Assembly: GCA_041651415.1 (NCBI GenBank)
Contig: JBAZJH010000004.1
Coordinates: 1-62,266 of the forward strand
Direction: 5' to 3'
From: Minisyncoccota bacterium
GTDB lineage: Bacteria; Patescibacteriota; Minisyncoccia; UBA6257; XYB1-36-10
Length of the DNA stretch: 62,266 nucleotides
The stretch's first letter is position 1; each line of letters begins with the position of its first letter. A program made the position numbers and the translations under genes. Of the stretch, positions 37,757-46,797 are shown piece by piece. The notes under the pieces were generated by a model that was not told where the DNA came from, did no database searches, and saw only the letters and a list, made by a program, of their open reading frames with translations.

Positions 37757-38821
37757 TTATAAATAGAATTTTTGGAAGCAACGATCAGCCATTATGCGCC
37801 AGGAATAATTTTTTACTTCAAGAAGGGCGTTTCTGACGATTTTTTCGGATAAAGATTTATCTTTTAATATTTTTTCGGCTTGAGCAGAGATTTCTTCAAT
37901 GTTCTCCGATTCAGCGATTAAAATGTTTTCATTTTCTTTTCCTAAGTCTTTTACCATACCGACAGATGTTGAGACAAGAGGCGTGCCAGTAGCCCAAGAT
38001 TCAAGAAGAGCCATGGGTCCGCCTTCAGTTCTTGAAGTGATGAGATAAAGGTCGAGAGCATGATAAAAATCGGCAATGTCGTTGTATTTTTTTGAAAATT
38101 TGTGGGTAAAAGGGATATTAGATTGAGAAAGGCGATTTTTGACGTAACCGCGGGAGGGTCCGGAGAGAAGAACGTGAAGAGGATATTTTTTGGAAAGAAG
38201 TTCAACGGTATCACAAAAAATATCCGGTCCTTTAACTAATTTTGGTTCCAGACCGTCTTCCCAACCGTTGCCGTCTTTTTGAAAGGAGCCGATGGTGATT
38301 TTATCAAGAGGCAAGCCAAGACGCTTTTTTATTTCTGTCTTTTCGGAAGGATTTTTAAGAGGTTTAAAAATTTTAAGGTCGATACCGAGAGGGACTACTT
38401 TAATTTGTTCTTCCTTGATTCCAAGTTTAACCAGCCCTTCTTTAGTGACAGAGCAAGAGGTGTGGACGGTGATGTTTTTTTCTTTTATTTCTTCGGCAAG
38501 TTCTTTTTCTATATCACGATTATTCAAATGATACCAAGAGACGATTATTTTATTGGAAAGATGAACTTTATTTTTATGCGAGGCAAAAACATGAACAGAA
38601 CCGAAATGAATTATTTTATTTTTAATAAAGAGAGGGGAAAGAGAAAGACGAACTTTGGCTAACTTTGCTTTATTCAAGTTCTCCGCTATTTCTTGAGTGA
38701 CAGTTTTAATAATCCAGCTATTTTCATCGGGAATCAAAAAAATTTCGCCGCGGCGGAATAAATTCAAAAAAGATTGAAAATAAAAACGCAATTTTCTTAA
38801 TATTTTTTTTAAAGTAAACAT
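37757..38821 (-). CDS. GT4 family glycosyltransferase
   Basis: GSFQKDG, KGPDIF, SRTEGGPMALLESWATG motifs. Confidence 0.85.
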   Translation of the reverse strand: MFTLKKILRKLRFYFQSFLNLFRRGEIFLIPDENSWIIKTVTQEIAENLNKAKLAKVRLSLSPLFIKNKIIHFGSVHVFASHKNKVHLSNKIIVSWYHLNNRDIEKELAEEIKEKNITVHTSCSVTKEGLVKLGIKEEQIKVVPLGIDLKIFKPLKNPSEKTEIKKRLGLPLDKITIGSFQKDGNGWEDGLEPKLVKGPDIFCDTVELLSKKYPLHVLLSGPSRGYVKNRLSQSNIPFTHKFSKKYNDIADFYHALDLYLITSRTEGGPMALLESWATGTPLVSTSVGMVKDLGKENENILIAESENIEEISAQAEKILKDKSLSEKIVRNALLEVKNYSWRIMADRCFQKFYL

Positions 38822-38822
38822 T

Positions 38823-39542
38823 TTATTTTTTAGACAAAACTCCCAGAAATTCTCCGAAATTAACGATAAAATTTTCTATTTTCCAACCGGACTCGTCTAA
38901 TTCCTTTTTCAGTCCTTCCAAAGTATATTCAATGCGGTGAGTGGGGTCGAGACGGTATTCAAAACCATTTTCTTTTTTATAAACGGCGAGCCAGTCGCGG
39001 GTTAAAAGAGGAACTCTTAAAATAATAGTATCGGAAAGCCGTCCCAATTTTTTTAGAAAATCGACTCGATTTTCTAAATGTTCTAATACATTGGAAAGAA
39101 CGATTTTATTAAACTGCCGATTAAATTCAAAGGAAACGGCGTCGCCAAAGACAAAAGAGAGATTAGGAAGATTGTTTTCTTTTTTGGCTATCGCCAAGCT
39201 TTTTTTGTTCAGATCGATGCCGACGACTTCTCTTGCGCGGGCGGCGATAATTTTAGAAAGATAACCTTCATGGCAGCCGACATCAAGAATGACATCGTTT
39301 TTTTCAACGCAGGAAAGAAAAAAAGAAAAATAATCAATGATTTTATGCTTGGGGTGGGAATTGTTATTCAAGCGGCGGGCGAGAGAGGTTATTTTGGAAT
39401 AGCTTTTATTATGAAGATAAATATAAAAGCGAAGCTTAAAGCGATTTAAAAAAGAATTATTTTTCCAAAGAGCGGAATAGACAGATTTAAAAGTCTGCCA
39501 TGGTCCGTAATGAAATAAAGAATAAAAAAGTTTTTTTATCAT
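38823..39542 (-). CDS. Class I SAM-dependent methyltransferase
   Basis: ILDVGCHEG, GIDLN, SNVLEHL motifs. Confidence 0.8.
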   Translation of the reverse strand: MIKKLFYSLFHYGPWQTFKSVYSALWKNNSFLNRFKLRFYIYLHNKSYSKITSLARRLNNNSHPKHKIIDYFSFFLSCVEKNDVILDVGCHEGYLSKIIAARAREVVGIDLNKKSLAIAKKENNLPNLSFVFGDAVSFEFNRQFNKIVLSNVLEHLENRVDFLKKLGRLSDTIILRVPLLTRDWLAVYKKENGFEYRLDPTHRIEYTLEGLKKELDESGWKIENFIVNFGEFLGVLSKK

Positions 39543-40465
39543 TAAAAGATTGATTTATTTTTAAAAGAATGGATGACAAGAGCATAAAAACCGGGAGAAG
39601 TTTTTTGGGAGGAATTCAGAAAACTGTTTTTAACAGCGGAAAGGAGCAGAGAGTTGTAGTTTTCAGTTTCAAGTTCGCGACGGTCTTTGGAACGGGCAAT
39701 ATATTTAGGTTTGGTAATAAAATCGAAATGGAGGCGATTGCAATTTTTGTCGCCGAGATTAAAGAGAAAACAATCGGAAAAATCCGAAAAGAGGCGGGAA
39801 ATTTTGGAAACGGTTTTGGGAGTGTATTCGCGAAAACCATGACCGCGATAAAGAGGAAGGCAGGCGGCGGAGGGGAAGAGATGAATTTGAAGAGTCGGTT
39901 TTTTTTCCGATAAAATGAATTTTTTGATTTGTTTAAAAAAATAAAGGTCTTTTTTAAAATGCTCGATAGCGGATTGGCTGATAAAGAGATTGGTTTTTTT
40001 AGGAATTGAAGGAAAAACATTTTGGCTGTTTCCTTCATGAAATTTAAAATCCGGGAATTCTTTTTCCAAGACCGGCCAATTTTTGTTGAAAACAGAATCT
40101 ATGCCGACATAAGAAGAAATTTCAGCGCCGGCTTTATTAGCAAAAAATTTTCCGTAATTGCCGGAGCCGCAACCAACGTCAAAAATATTAATGGCGTTAA
40201 GTTCTTCCTTGATTTTTGTCCAAGGGAGGGAAAGCCAGAAAAGGTCGGAAAGCTTTCTCGAGGGAGAACTTTTTATTTCGGTCAAAGGCCAAAATTTTTT
40301 CAGTTCTTGTTCGCTTAAAGAAAAATTTTTTATTTTCAGTTTTTTATCAAGAAACGAATAAGGAAGAGAGTTGTTCAGGCGATTGCCGGCCATAAAAAGA
40401 CGCATGCCCCATTTGGAAAGCCGGCGGTCAGCGTTGATGTTAAAAAAAGAAGTGGAGCCAAACAT
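39542..40465 (-). CDS. Class I SAM-dependent methyltransferase
   Basis: IFDVGCGSG, YVGID, SQSAIEHF motifs. Confidence 0.7.
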   Translation of the reverse strand: MFGSTSFFNINADRRLSKWGMRLFMAGNRLNNSLPYSFLDKKLKIKNFSLSEQELKKFWPLTEIKSSPSRKLSDLFWLSLPWTKIKEELNAINIFDVGCGSGNYGKFFANKAGAEISSYVGIDSVFNKNWPVLEKEFPDFKFHEGNSQNVFPSIPKKTNLFISQSAIEHFKKDLYFFKQIKKFILSEKKPTLQIHLFPSAACLPLYRGHGFREYTPKTVSKISRLFSDFSDCFLFNLGDKNCNRLHFDFITKPKYIARSKDRRELETENYNSLLLSAVKNSFLNSSQKTSPGFYALVIHSFKNKSIF

Positions 40466-40487
40466 AAAAATAATTAATTAAGAATTT

Positions 40488-42482
40488 CTAATTTCTAACT
40501 AATTTTTTATAAATACTAATTTCTTTATCTATTTGGGTGGAAAGGGAAAAATTTTCTAAAACAAAGCGGCGAGCATTTTTTCCTAATTTTTTTTGAAGTT
40601 CGGCGTTTACAGCGAGCTCTTTTATTTTTTCTCTTAAGCTTTCCGGAGAAATTTCAGAAAGAAGGCCGTTAAAATTATCGCTAATCACTTCGCGGCTGCC
40701 GGGAACGTCGGTGGCGACACAAGCAAGTCCGCAAGACATGGCTTCGAGAAGGGTTTTAGGCATACCTTCATAAAGAGAAGGGAGAATAAAAATTTCATAA
40801 CGATTAAGCGTTTCCGGCAGGGAATTGTTCGGGATGATGCCGAGAAAATTAACAGAAACATTTTTTTCTTCGGCAAAATTTTCCAGTTTATCTTTTAATT
40901 TGCCTGAACCGACTATATCTAAAGAAAGATTGGTTCCGGAAAGAGCTTCAATCAGAGAAAAAAGGTTTTTTTGCTCATTGAGACGGCCGACAAAAATAAG
41001 GCGGTCAGAATATTTGTTCAGATTTAGAGGTTTGAAAATGTCAGTATCGATATAGTTAGCAATAACGGAAATTTTATTTTCAGGGATTTTATATTCTTCT
41101 ATCAGATATTTTTTATCAGCGAGGGAAGTGACAAAAGCGTGATTAGAAAAACGATAGGCGGTTTTTTCCAAGCGTTTAATTTTAAAAATATTTTTATTTT
41201 CTTTAGTGTCGAAAAGCGACTGAGTATAGCCGGTGCGGATGATAAGTTTGGCGAAAGGATTGATAAACTTGGCAATGAGAGCGGTTTTGGCGCCGCGCAT
41301 TTGATTGGTTTTAAAAAAGTGAGAACGGAGAATTGTCGGAAGATGGAGAAAGGGGGCAAACCAATAATAAAGACGAATGGGCATCCGAACATTTTTGTAG
41401 ATTATTTTAATGTTCGGTTTTAAAAATTTTTGGTAAGCGAGTTCGCTCTTGTCGCCATAAGTGAAAATAAAAATATTTTTGAAGCGCAGAGCTAAGAGAT
41501 TATAAGAAGCGATTTCGCGGGAAAGCAGGCCGGATTTTTCCCAGTTTTTGAAATTCATGCCTGAGGTCATGAAAAGGACGAGATTTTTTTTCTTTAAATC
41601 GGCAATTTTCGGTTCGGCGTATTTTAATTTGTCTATAAAAAAATAAAATAATTTTTTTATCAGATTGTATGTTTTAGGAAAACGAGAGCGTAAATACGAG
41701 GAAAAAGGAACTTTAGCTCTTAAAGCGTAAATAGTTTTCGGGTCAATAATATTTCCTCCGTGCCTTTTCATAACTTCTTTTCTTTCATTATTGCAAAGAT
41801 TTTTTTTTGAAACTGTAACGGATTTTTCCCATTGGCGATAGGTAGCCAAAATTTTTTTTAAGTGAAGCGATTTTCCGTTTTTTAAGATTCTTAGCCACAA
41901 ATCATAATCGGGGGCGCATTTTAAGCCTTCATCGAGATAACCAATTTTATCAATTATTGCTTTAGTAAAAAAAGCGGCGGGTTGGCAGATACTGTGGTTA
42001 CGGCGTAAAAATTTTTCAAAATTTCCCGGCTCTGAAGAAAGAAGTTTTCTATGACCGGTTTCTTGATAAAGAGAATAGCAATCTCCGTAAATGAGGCTCA
42101 TTTCGGGGTGGTTATTAAATTCGTTTATTATGGATTTTATAGTGTTAGGTTCAAAATAATCATCCGAATTAAGCCAGCCGATTATTTCTCCGGACGATTC
42201 TTTTATGCCTTTATTGACAGCGCTAGCAAATCCTTTATTTTTTTGTTCGAACCATTTTAAATTTAAATGGTCGCAATTAATCGGAAGTTGTTTGTTTTTT
42301 AGAAGCAGTTCATATTTTTTTATTATTTCTATGCCGTTATCAGGAGAACCATCATTAATGATGATGTGTTCCAAATTAAAATCGCCTTCTTGAGAAAGAA
42401 CGCTTTTTATGGTTTGTTCCAGGGTCTCTTCTTGATTGTAGAAGGGGGTGATGATGGAAACGCTTTTGAACTTTTTCGGCAT
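40488..42482 (-). CDS. GT2 - GT4 glycosyltransferase fusion
   Basis: N-half: SIITPFYNQ, NDGSPD, WLNSDD, ICQPAAF, DYDLWLR. C-half: VGRLNEQKN, YEGMPKTLLEAMSCG. Confidence 0.85.
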   Translation of the reverse strand: MPKKFKSVSIITPFYNQEETLEQTIKSVLSQEGDFNLEHIIINDGSPDNGIEIIKKYELLLKNKQLPINCDHLNLKWFEQKNKGFASAVNKGIKESSGEIIGWLNSDDYFEPNTIKSIINEFNNHPEMSLIYGDCYSLYQETGHRKLLSSEPGNFEKFLRRNHSICQPAAFFTKAIIDKIGYLDEGLKCAPDYDLWLRILKNGKSLHLKKILATYRQWEKSVTVSKKNLCNNERKEVMKRHGGNIIDPKTIYALRAKVPFSSYLRSRFPKTYNLIKKLFYFFIDKLKYAEPKIADLKKKNLVLFMTSGMNFKNWEKSGLLSREIASYNLLALRFKNIFIFTYGDKSELAYQKFLKPNIKIIYKNVRMPIRLYYWFAPFLHLPTILRSHFFKTNQMRGAKTALIAKFINPFAKLIIRTGYTQSLFDTKENKNIFKIKRLEKTAYRFSNHAFVTSLADKKYLIEEYKIPENKISVIANYIDTDIFKPLNLNKYSDRLIFVGRLNEQKNLFSLIEALSGTNLSLDIVGSGKLKDKLENFAEEKNVSVNFLGIIPNNSLPETLNRYEIFILPSLYEGMPKTLLEAMSCGLACVATDVPGSREVISDNFNGLLSEISPESLREKIKELAVNAELQKKLGKNARRFVLENFSLSTQIDKEISIYKKLVRN

Positions 42483-42554
42483 ATGACGATTTTAAATAAA
42501 GATAACAAAAAAACAAATGAATAAACAAGTTTTGCTTTAAGGGCCTTTTCTATT

Positions 42555-42582
42555 TTGATTATAAGTTTTTTTAAGCTATAGT
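42555..42582 (+). promoter_or_regulatory. Sigma70-type promoter, near-leaderless
   Basis: TTGATT-16 nt-TATAGT, then 8 nt and the ATG at 42591. Confidence 0.5.
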
Positions 42583-42590
42583 AATCTAAA

Positions 42591-44840
42591 ATGAATAAAA
42601 ATAACTTGGCGGTTTTTTATGAATGGGGGGCAAAAGCGATAATTTTTGCGGCGCCGCTACTTTTTCTTTTTATAGATAAGGCGTCTTTCTTTCCATATGT
42701 AGCTCCGAGAGCTTTTATCTTCAGATTTTTAATAGAGATAGCTTTTGCTTTTGTGGTCGGGGGCTGGCTTTTAAAAGGGAAGTTAAAGCCGAAAATTTCT
42801 TTAATCAGTGCGGCGGTTTTGATTTTTTTAGTCGTTATCGGAGTGGCCGATTATTTTGGCGCGAATCCTGACCGGAGTTTTTGGTCAAGATTTGAAAGAA
42901 TGGATGGATATTTGAATTTAATTCATCTGGTTTTGTTTTTCTTGGCAGCGCGTTTTGCTTTAAAGAAAAGAAGCGATTGGTTTTGGTTTTTTAATGCGAC
43001 TCTTTTTGTCTCGGCGGCGGAGTTTTTATACGCTTTATTGCAAAAATTGGGGAAAATAGAATCCATAATCGGAGGGTTCCGCGCGGAAGGAACTTTCGGA
43101 AATCCGACATATCTCGCGGCGTTTGCGCTTTTCGCTTTCGGGATAGCGCTCGCGCTTTTAACAGAAAGCAAGGAATTTTGGAAAAAAATAGTTTTTTCAG
43201 GAATAGCTTTAATCAACTTGATTACGATATATATGTCGGCAACAAGAGGAGTTTTTGTGGCTTTATTTGCTGGATTTATTATTTTTACGGGAATTATTCT
43301 TTTTATAAAAACAGAAGGAAGAGGAATAAAAATTTTAAAGAAAGCGAGTTTGTGGGGACTCGCGATACTTTTAGCGCTGTCCGCTTTGATTTGGTTTTTT
43401 AGAGATTCAAGTTTTATTTCAGGAAATGAAACTTTAAGGAGATTAACTTCCATTTCTTTTTCTGACCGAACGACTGTTGGAAGATTTTTAGTTTGGAAAA
43501 TGGCGTTAGAAGGAGCGATGGAACGGCCGATTTTGGGATGGGGACAGGAAAATTTTGTGGATGTTTTCAATAAGTATTATGACCCGGCGCTTTATAACCA
43601 AGAGATGTGGTTTGATAGAGCGCATAATGTGGTGATGGATTGGTTCGTAGCCGGAGGAGTTTTAGGACTTTTATCTTATCTTTTTATTTTTGGCGCGGCC
43701 GGTTTTGTTATTCTTCGAGTAATTAAAGGAGAGAGAGAAGAAGAGAAAAAGATTTCAGGAGCGATTATTCTAACTCTTTTTATTTCTTATTTTGTCCAAA
43801 ATATTTTTGTTTTTGACAATATGGCGACTTACGTGATGTTTTTTTCGCTTCTTGCTTACGCGGATTTTTTAAAAAAGGAAACGGGCGGGAGTCCGGAGGC
43901 GGGAAATTCAGAAGGAAAAGACAGGAAATATTTAAGCTTATCGGCGGCAGCTGTTTTAATCGTCATCTTTTCAGCGGTTTCCTGGTTTATAAATTTCAAA
44001 CCTTATCTGCAAGCAAGAGCGATGATAAAATCGGTAGAGATGATGTATGAAAAAAAGACGGTAGGCGGAGAAGTTTTGGAAAGTTTTAAAAATATTTTGA
44101 ATTACAACACTTTCGGAAATGAGGAAATGGCGGAGCAGATGGGAAAAATAATAAATGAGATTTTAATGACTTCCAAGGGAAATATAATTCCGGAAGCGGA
44201 GAAAAAAGTTTTTATGGAAGAAACCATGAAAGAGATGAAAAAAGAGATTGAAAGAGACCCGAATAATTTAAGAATGAGATTGTTTATGGGAACGATTTAT
44301 ACCAGATTTGCGGATTTGGATAAAAGCTATTGGGAATTGGGGAACAACGAATTAAGAGAAGCTTTGAAGATATCGCCGAATAAACAGCAGATTTATATAG
44401 CTTTAGTGGAAAGTTATTTAAAGAGCGGAGATTATGAAAAAGCTTACAATATTGCAGAAAAGGCTTATGAACTTGATAAAAATTACAAAGTGACAAGAGG
44501 AACTTTGGCTTATACCGCGCTTATTGCCGGAAAAAATGAAAAAGTGGAGGAATTAGCGAGGGAAGGTTTGAGCCATGAATATTTGGCAAAACTGGGCGAT
44601 ATTTATATCGTTCTTAAGGATTTCAAAAAGGCAATAGAAATGTTTGAGGGGGCAGTGAGGGAACATCCGGGATTGCCGGAATATCGGGCGAAGCTGGCCG
44701 GACTTTATCTAAACCAGGGAAAAATAAAAGAAGCGGTGGAGCAGGCGAGGATGGCGGAAAAACTTGACCCGGCAAATTATGCGGAGGGAGTGAGGGTGTT
44801 TTTGGAAAATGTAAAAAAGTTGGGATACGAAATAGATTAG
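42591..44840 (+). CDS. O-antigen ligase-like (Wzy_C) membrane protein with C-terminal TPR repeats; candidate O-oligosaccharyltransferase
   Basis: About 12 TM segments; SFWSRFERMDG, GTFGNP, SATRG, RPILGWGQE, DRAHN motifs; helical TPR-like tail. Confidence 0.8.
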   Translation: MNKNNLAVFYEWGAKAIIFAAPLLFLFIDKASFFPYVAPRAFIFRFLIEIAFAFVVGGWLLKGKLKPKISLISAAVLIFLVVIGVADYFGANPDRSFWSRFERMDGYLNLIHLVLFFLAARFALKKRSDWFWFFNATLFVSAAEFLYALLQKLGKIESIIGGFRAEGTFGNPTYLAAFALFAFGIALALLTESKEFWKKIVFSGIALINLITIYMSATRGVFVALFAGFIIFTGIILFIKTEGRGIKILKKASLWGLAILLALSALIWFFRDSSFISGNETLRRLTSISFSDRTTVGRFLVWKMALEGAMERPILGWGQENFVDVFNKYYDPALYNQEMWFDRAHNVVMDWFVAGGVLGLLSYLFIFGAAGFVILRVIKGEREEEKKISGAIILTLFISYFVQNIFVFDNMATYVMFFSLLAYADFLKKETGGSPEAGNSEGKDRKYLSLSAAAVLIVIFSAVSWFINFKPYLQARAMIKSVEMMYEKKTVGGEVLESFKNILNYNTFGNEEMAEQMGKIINEILMTSKGNIIPEAEKKVFMEETMKEMKKEIERDPNNLRMRLFMGTIYTRFADLDKSYWELGNNELREALKISPNKQQIYIALVESYLKSGDYEKAYNIAEKAYELDKNYKVTRGTLAYTALIAGKNEKVEELAREGLSHEYLAKLGDIYIVLKDFKKAIEMFEGAVREHPGLPEYRAKLAGLYLNQGKIKEAVEQARMAEKLDPANYAEGVRVFLENVKKLGYEID

Positions 44841-44861
44841 AAAAAAATTAAAAACAAAACT

Positions 44862-44970
44862 AATTAAGAGAGCAGAAACAATCTCTCAGAAAGGGGCTAA
44901 TCGCCAGTTTTCTTCGAGAATGTTTCTGCTCTTTAATTTTTATGGGAAAAGCAGAGTGATAATTAAGTAA
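44862..44970 (+). ncRNA. Structured repeat unit 1 (stem-loop, GGGCTAATCGCCA loop, downstream GGGA..GTGATAA)
   Basis: 12-bp stem 44869-44880/44921-44932 plus inner TCTC/GAGA and AGAAA/TTTCT helices; shared motifs with three other copies. RNA function is inferred. Confidence 0.55.
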
Positions 44971-44997
44971 TTTTTTAAAACAGTTTTTAGACGGATT

Positions 44998-45125
44998 AAT
45001 AGAACAAAAAACAATCCTTCAAAACAGGGCTAATCACCAATTGTTTTTCAGGAATGTTTTTTGTTCTATTTAAAATTTTTAGGGAAGTAGAGAGTGATAA
45101 TAAGGTAATTGCCTAATCGGCAATT
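44998..45125 (+). ncRNA. Structured repeat unit 2
   Basis: Perfect 16-bp stem 44998-45013/45055-45070, inner TCCT/AGGA and AAAAC/GTTTT helices, loop GGGCTAATCACCA at 45027, GTGATAA at 45094, trailing hairpin AATTGCC-TAATC-GGCAATT. Confidence 0.55.
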
Positions 45126-45130
45126 TTTAA

Positions 45131-45282
45131 GAAAGAAGAAGAATAACCGGCAAATTTTTAAAAACAGGGCTAGTCACCAATTCCGCCATCCGCCAGTTTG
45201 CGGAGCGGACAGGCATTTTTTTAGCTATTATTCTTTTTTAATTTTCCATAGAGGAGTAAGAGTGATAATAATGCCCCGATAA
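45131..45282 (+). ncRNA. Structured repeat unit 3 (degenerate, with palindrome inserted in the loop)
   Basis: Loop GGGCTAGTCACCA at 45167, stem AAGAATAA/TTATTCTT, GAGGAG..GTGATAA at 45251-45268. Confidence 0.45.
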
Positions 45283-45351
45283 AATACGGGGTAAATATTT
45301 GCCTGCGGCAAATTTTATAAAAAATGAAATGATTGGTTTTTTAAAAATATT

Positions 45352-46797
45352 CTATTTTTTAAAAAGAGAGAAAAGAAGTTTTTCTTTGAAGAGGAGAAGA
45401 AGAGCGAGGTAGAAGAGAGAGGAAAGGAGGATGTTTGAGATAAGATGAAATTCAAAATAGAAAAGAGAAAAAGTGAGGGCGGACATAAGAAGAGAGGCGA
45501 GAATAATTTTTTTCAAATGAGGAAAGAGAGAAAAAGAAACGATTTTTTTGACGCGGAAAAGAAGGTAAGTATTAATGGCAAGTTGATTCAAAAGAGTAGC
45601 GAAAGCGCAGCCGGCGATGCCAAATTTGGGAATTAAGACGATATCTAAAATGATATTGCCGAGCATGCCGAAACAGGAGAAGGCAATAAGCTTTTTTTGT
45701 TCGTTTAGCGCAAAAACGGCGTTACCGATAATAATGGAAGGGAAGATTATAAAAATAGTAAGAGAAAGAATGGCAAAGCTTAAACCGGAAGCAAGATAAG
45801 CGGGACCGTAGAGAAGGCGGATAATATTTTCGCTTAAAATAAAACCGCCAAAAGAAATTGGAAGAGCGAGGGCAAGAACAGCCGAGATGGATTTTTCAAA
45901 AACTTTTTTGAATTCGCCGTTTTTATTTTCGGAAATTCTAGACATCATCGGAAAAAGACTGGCGGCAAAAACCGAAGGCAAAAGATAAAGAAGCTGAATG
46001 GGTTTTTCGGCGGCGGCGAAAAGGCCGGTAGCTTCGGCTCCGAGCATCCAACTGATAATAACGATATCGGTGTTAATCATAACCGCTCCCATAATGGACA
46101 TAACGCTAAAAGGAAGAGAAAGAGAGAGAACTCTTTTAATATCGGAAAAGTTTATTTTTTTAAGAAAAAGAGGAAAAGTTTTTCGGACGGCGAAAATCAT
46201 AAGGATGGAACCGGAGAGGGAGCCCAAGGCATAGCCCCAGGCGAGAGAAAAGCTGTTTTTAAAAGAAAAAAGGAGAAGAAAGCCGAGAGCGGCAATCATC
46301 AGATTGGTAAAAATATTCACCGAAGATTCGATTTCCATTTTTTCAGCGGCGCGAGTCAAAGAAGAACCGAAATCGCGAACAGAATCAAAAGCAAAAATAA
46401 GAACAGCAATAAAAATAAGTCCGCGCGCTTCTTCAAGTGGAGAAAGATAAGAAGAAAAAAGAAAGGCAAGAACAATAAGAAGGGCGGTGAAAAAGAATTT
46501 TACGAAAAAGCCGGCGGAAAGAAGAGAAAAGTTTTTAGTTCCCTCGCGAGAAAGTTCTCTTGTCGTAAAAGCATTCAGGCCGAGGTCGGAAAAAATGGAA
46601 AGAAAAGCGGCGAGGGAAAGAGCGTAGGAAAAGGCGCCCCAACTGCCAGCGCCCAAGACTCTTGCGGCATAAACAATGAGAGCGGTTCTAATCAAGCGGC
46701 CGAGAACTTGACCCAAAAGAAGCCAAAAAGTGTTTTTGAGGATAGTTTCTTTTGGCGAGCCGTTTTTAAACAGGCGAGCAGAAATTTTTTTAAGCAT
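45352..46797 (-). CDS. wzx: Wzx-type flippase (polysaccharide biosynthesis protein)
   Basis: KNTFWLLLGQ, ARVLGA, FSDLGL, NTDIVIISW...GLFAAA, LIPKFGIAG motifs; about 12-14 TM. Confidence 0.85.
   Translation of the reverse strand: MLKKISARLFKNGSPKETILKNTFWLLLGQVLGRLIRTALIVYAARVLGAGSWGAFSYALSLAAFLSIFSDLGLNAFTTRELSREGTKNFSLLSAGFFVKFFFTALLIVLAFLFSSYLSPLEEARGLIFIAVLIFAFDSVRDFGSSLTRAAEKMEIESSVNIFTNLMIAALGFLLLFSFKNSFSLAWGYALGSLSGSILMIFAVRKTFPLFLKKINFSDIKRVLSLSLPFSVMSIMGAVMINTDIVIISWMLGAEATGLFAAAEKPIQLLYLLPSVFAASLFPMMSRISENKNGEFKKVFEKSISAVLALALPISFGGFILSENIIRLLYGPAYLASGLSFAILSLTIFIIFPSIIIGNAVFALNEQKKLIAFSCFGMLGNIILDIVLIPKFGIAGCAFATLLNQLAINTYLLFRVKKIVSFSLFPHLKKIILASLLMSALTFSLFYFEFHLISNILLSSLFYLALLLLFKEKLLFSLFKK

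Noticed and set aside
44890-45180. Known riboswitch or ribozyme (c-di-GMP-I AGGGCAAACC resemblance, HDV-like GCUAA, twister UAA)
   Set aside because: The GNRA tetraloop/receptor, nested double pseudoknot and other core motifs are absent by eye, and no gene lies downstream. An Rfam search is still needed.
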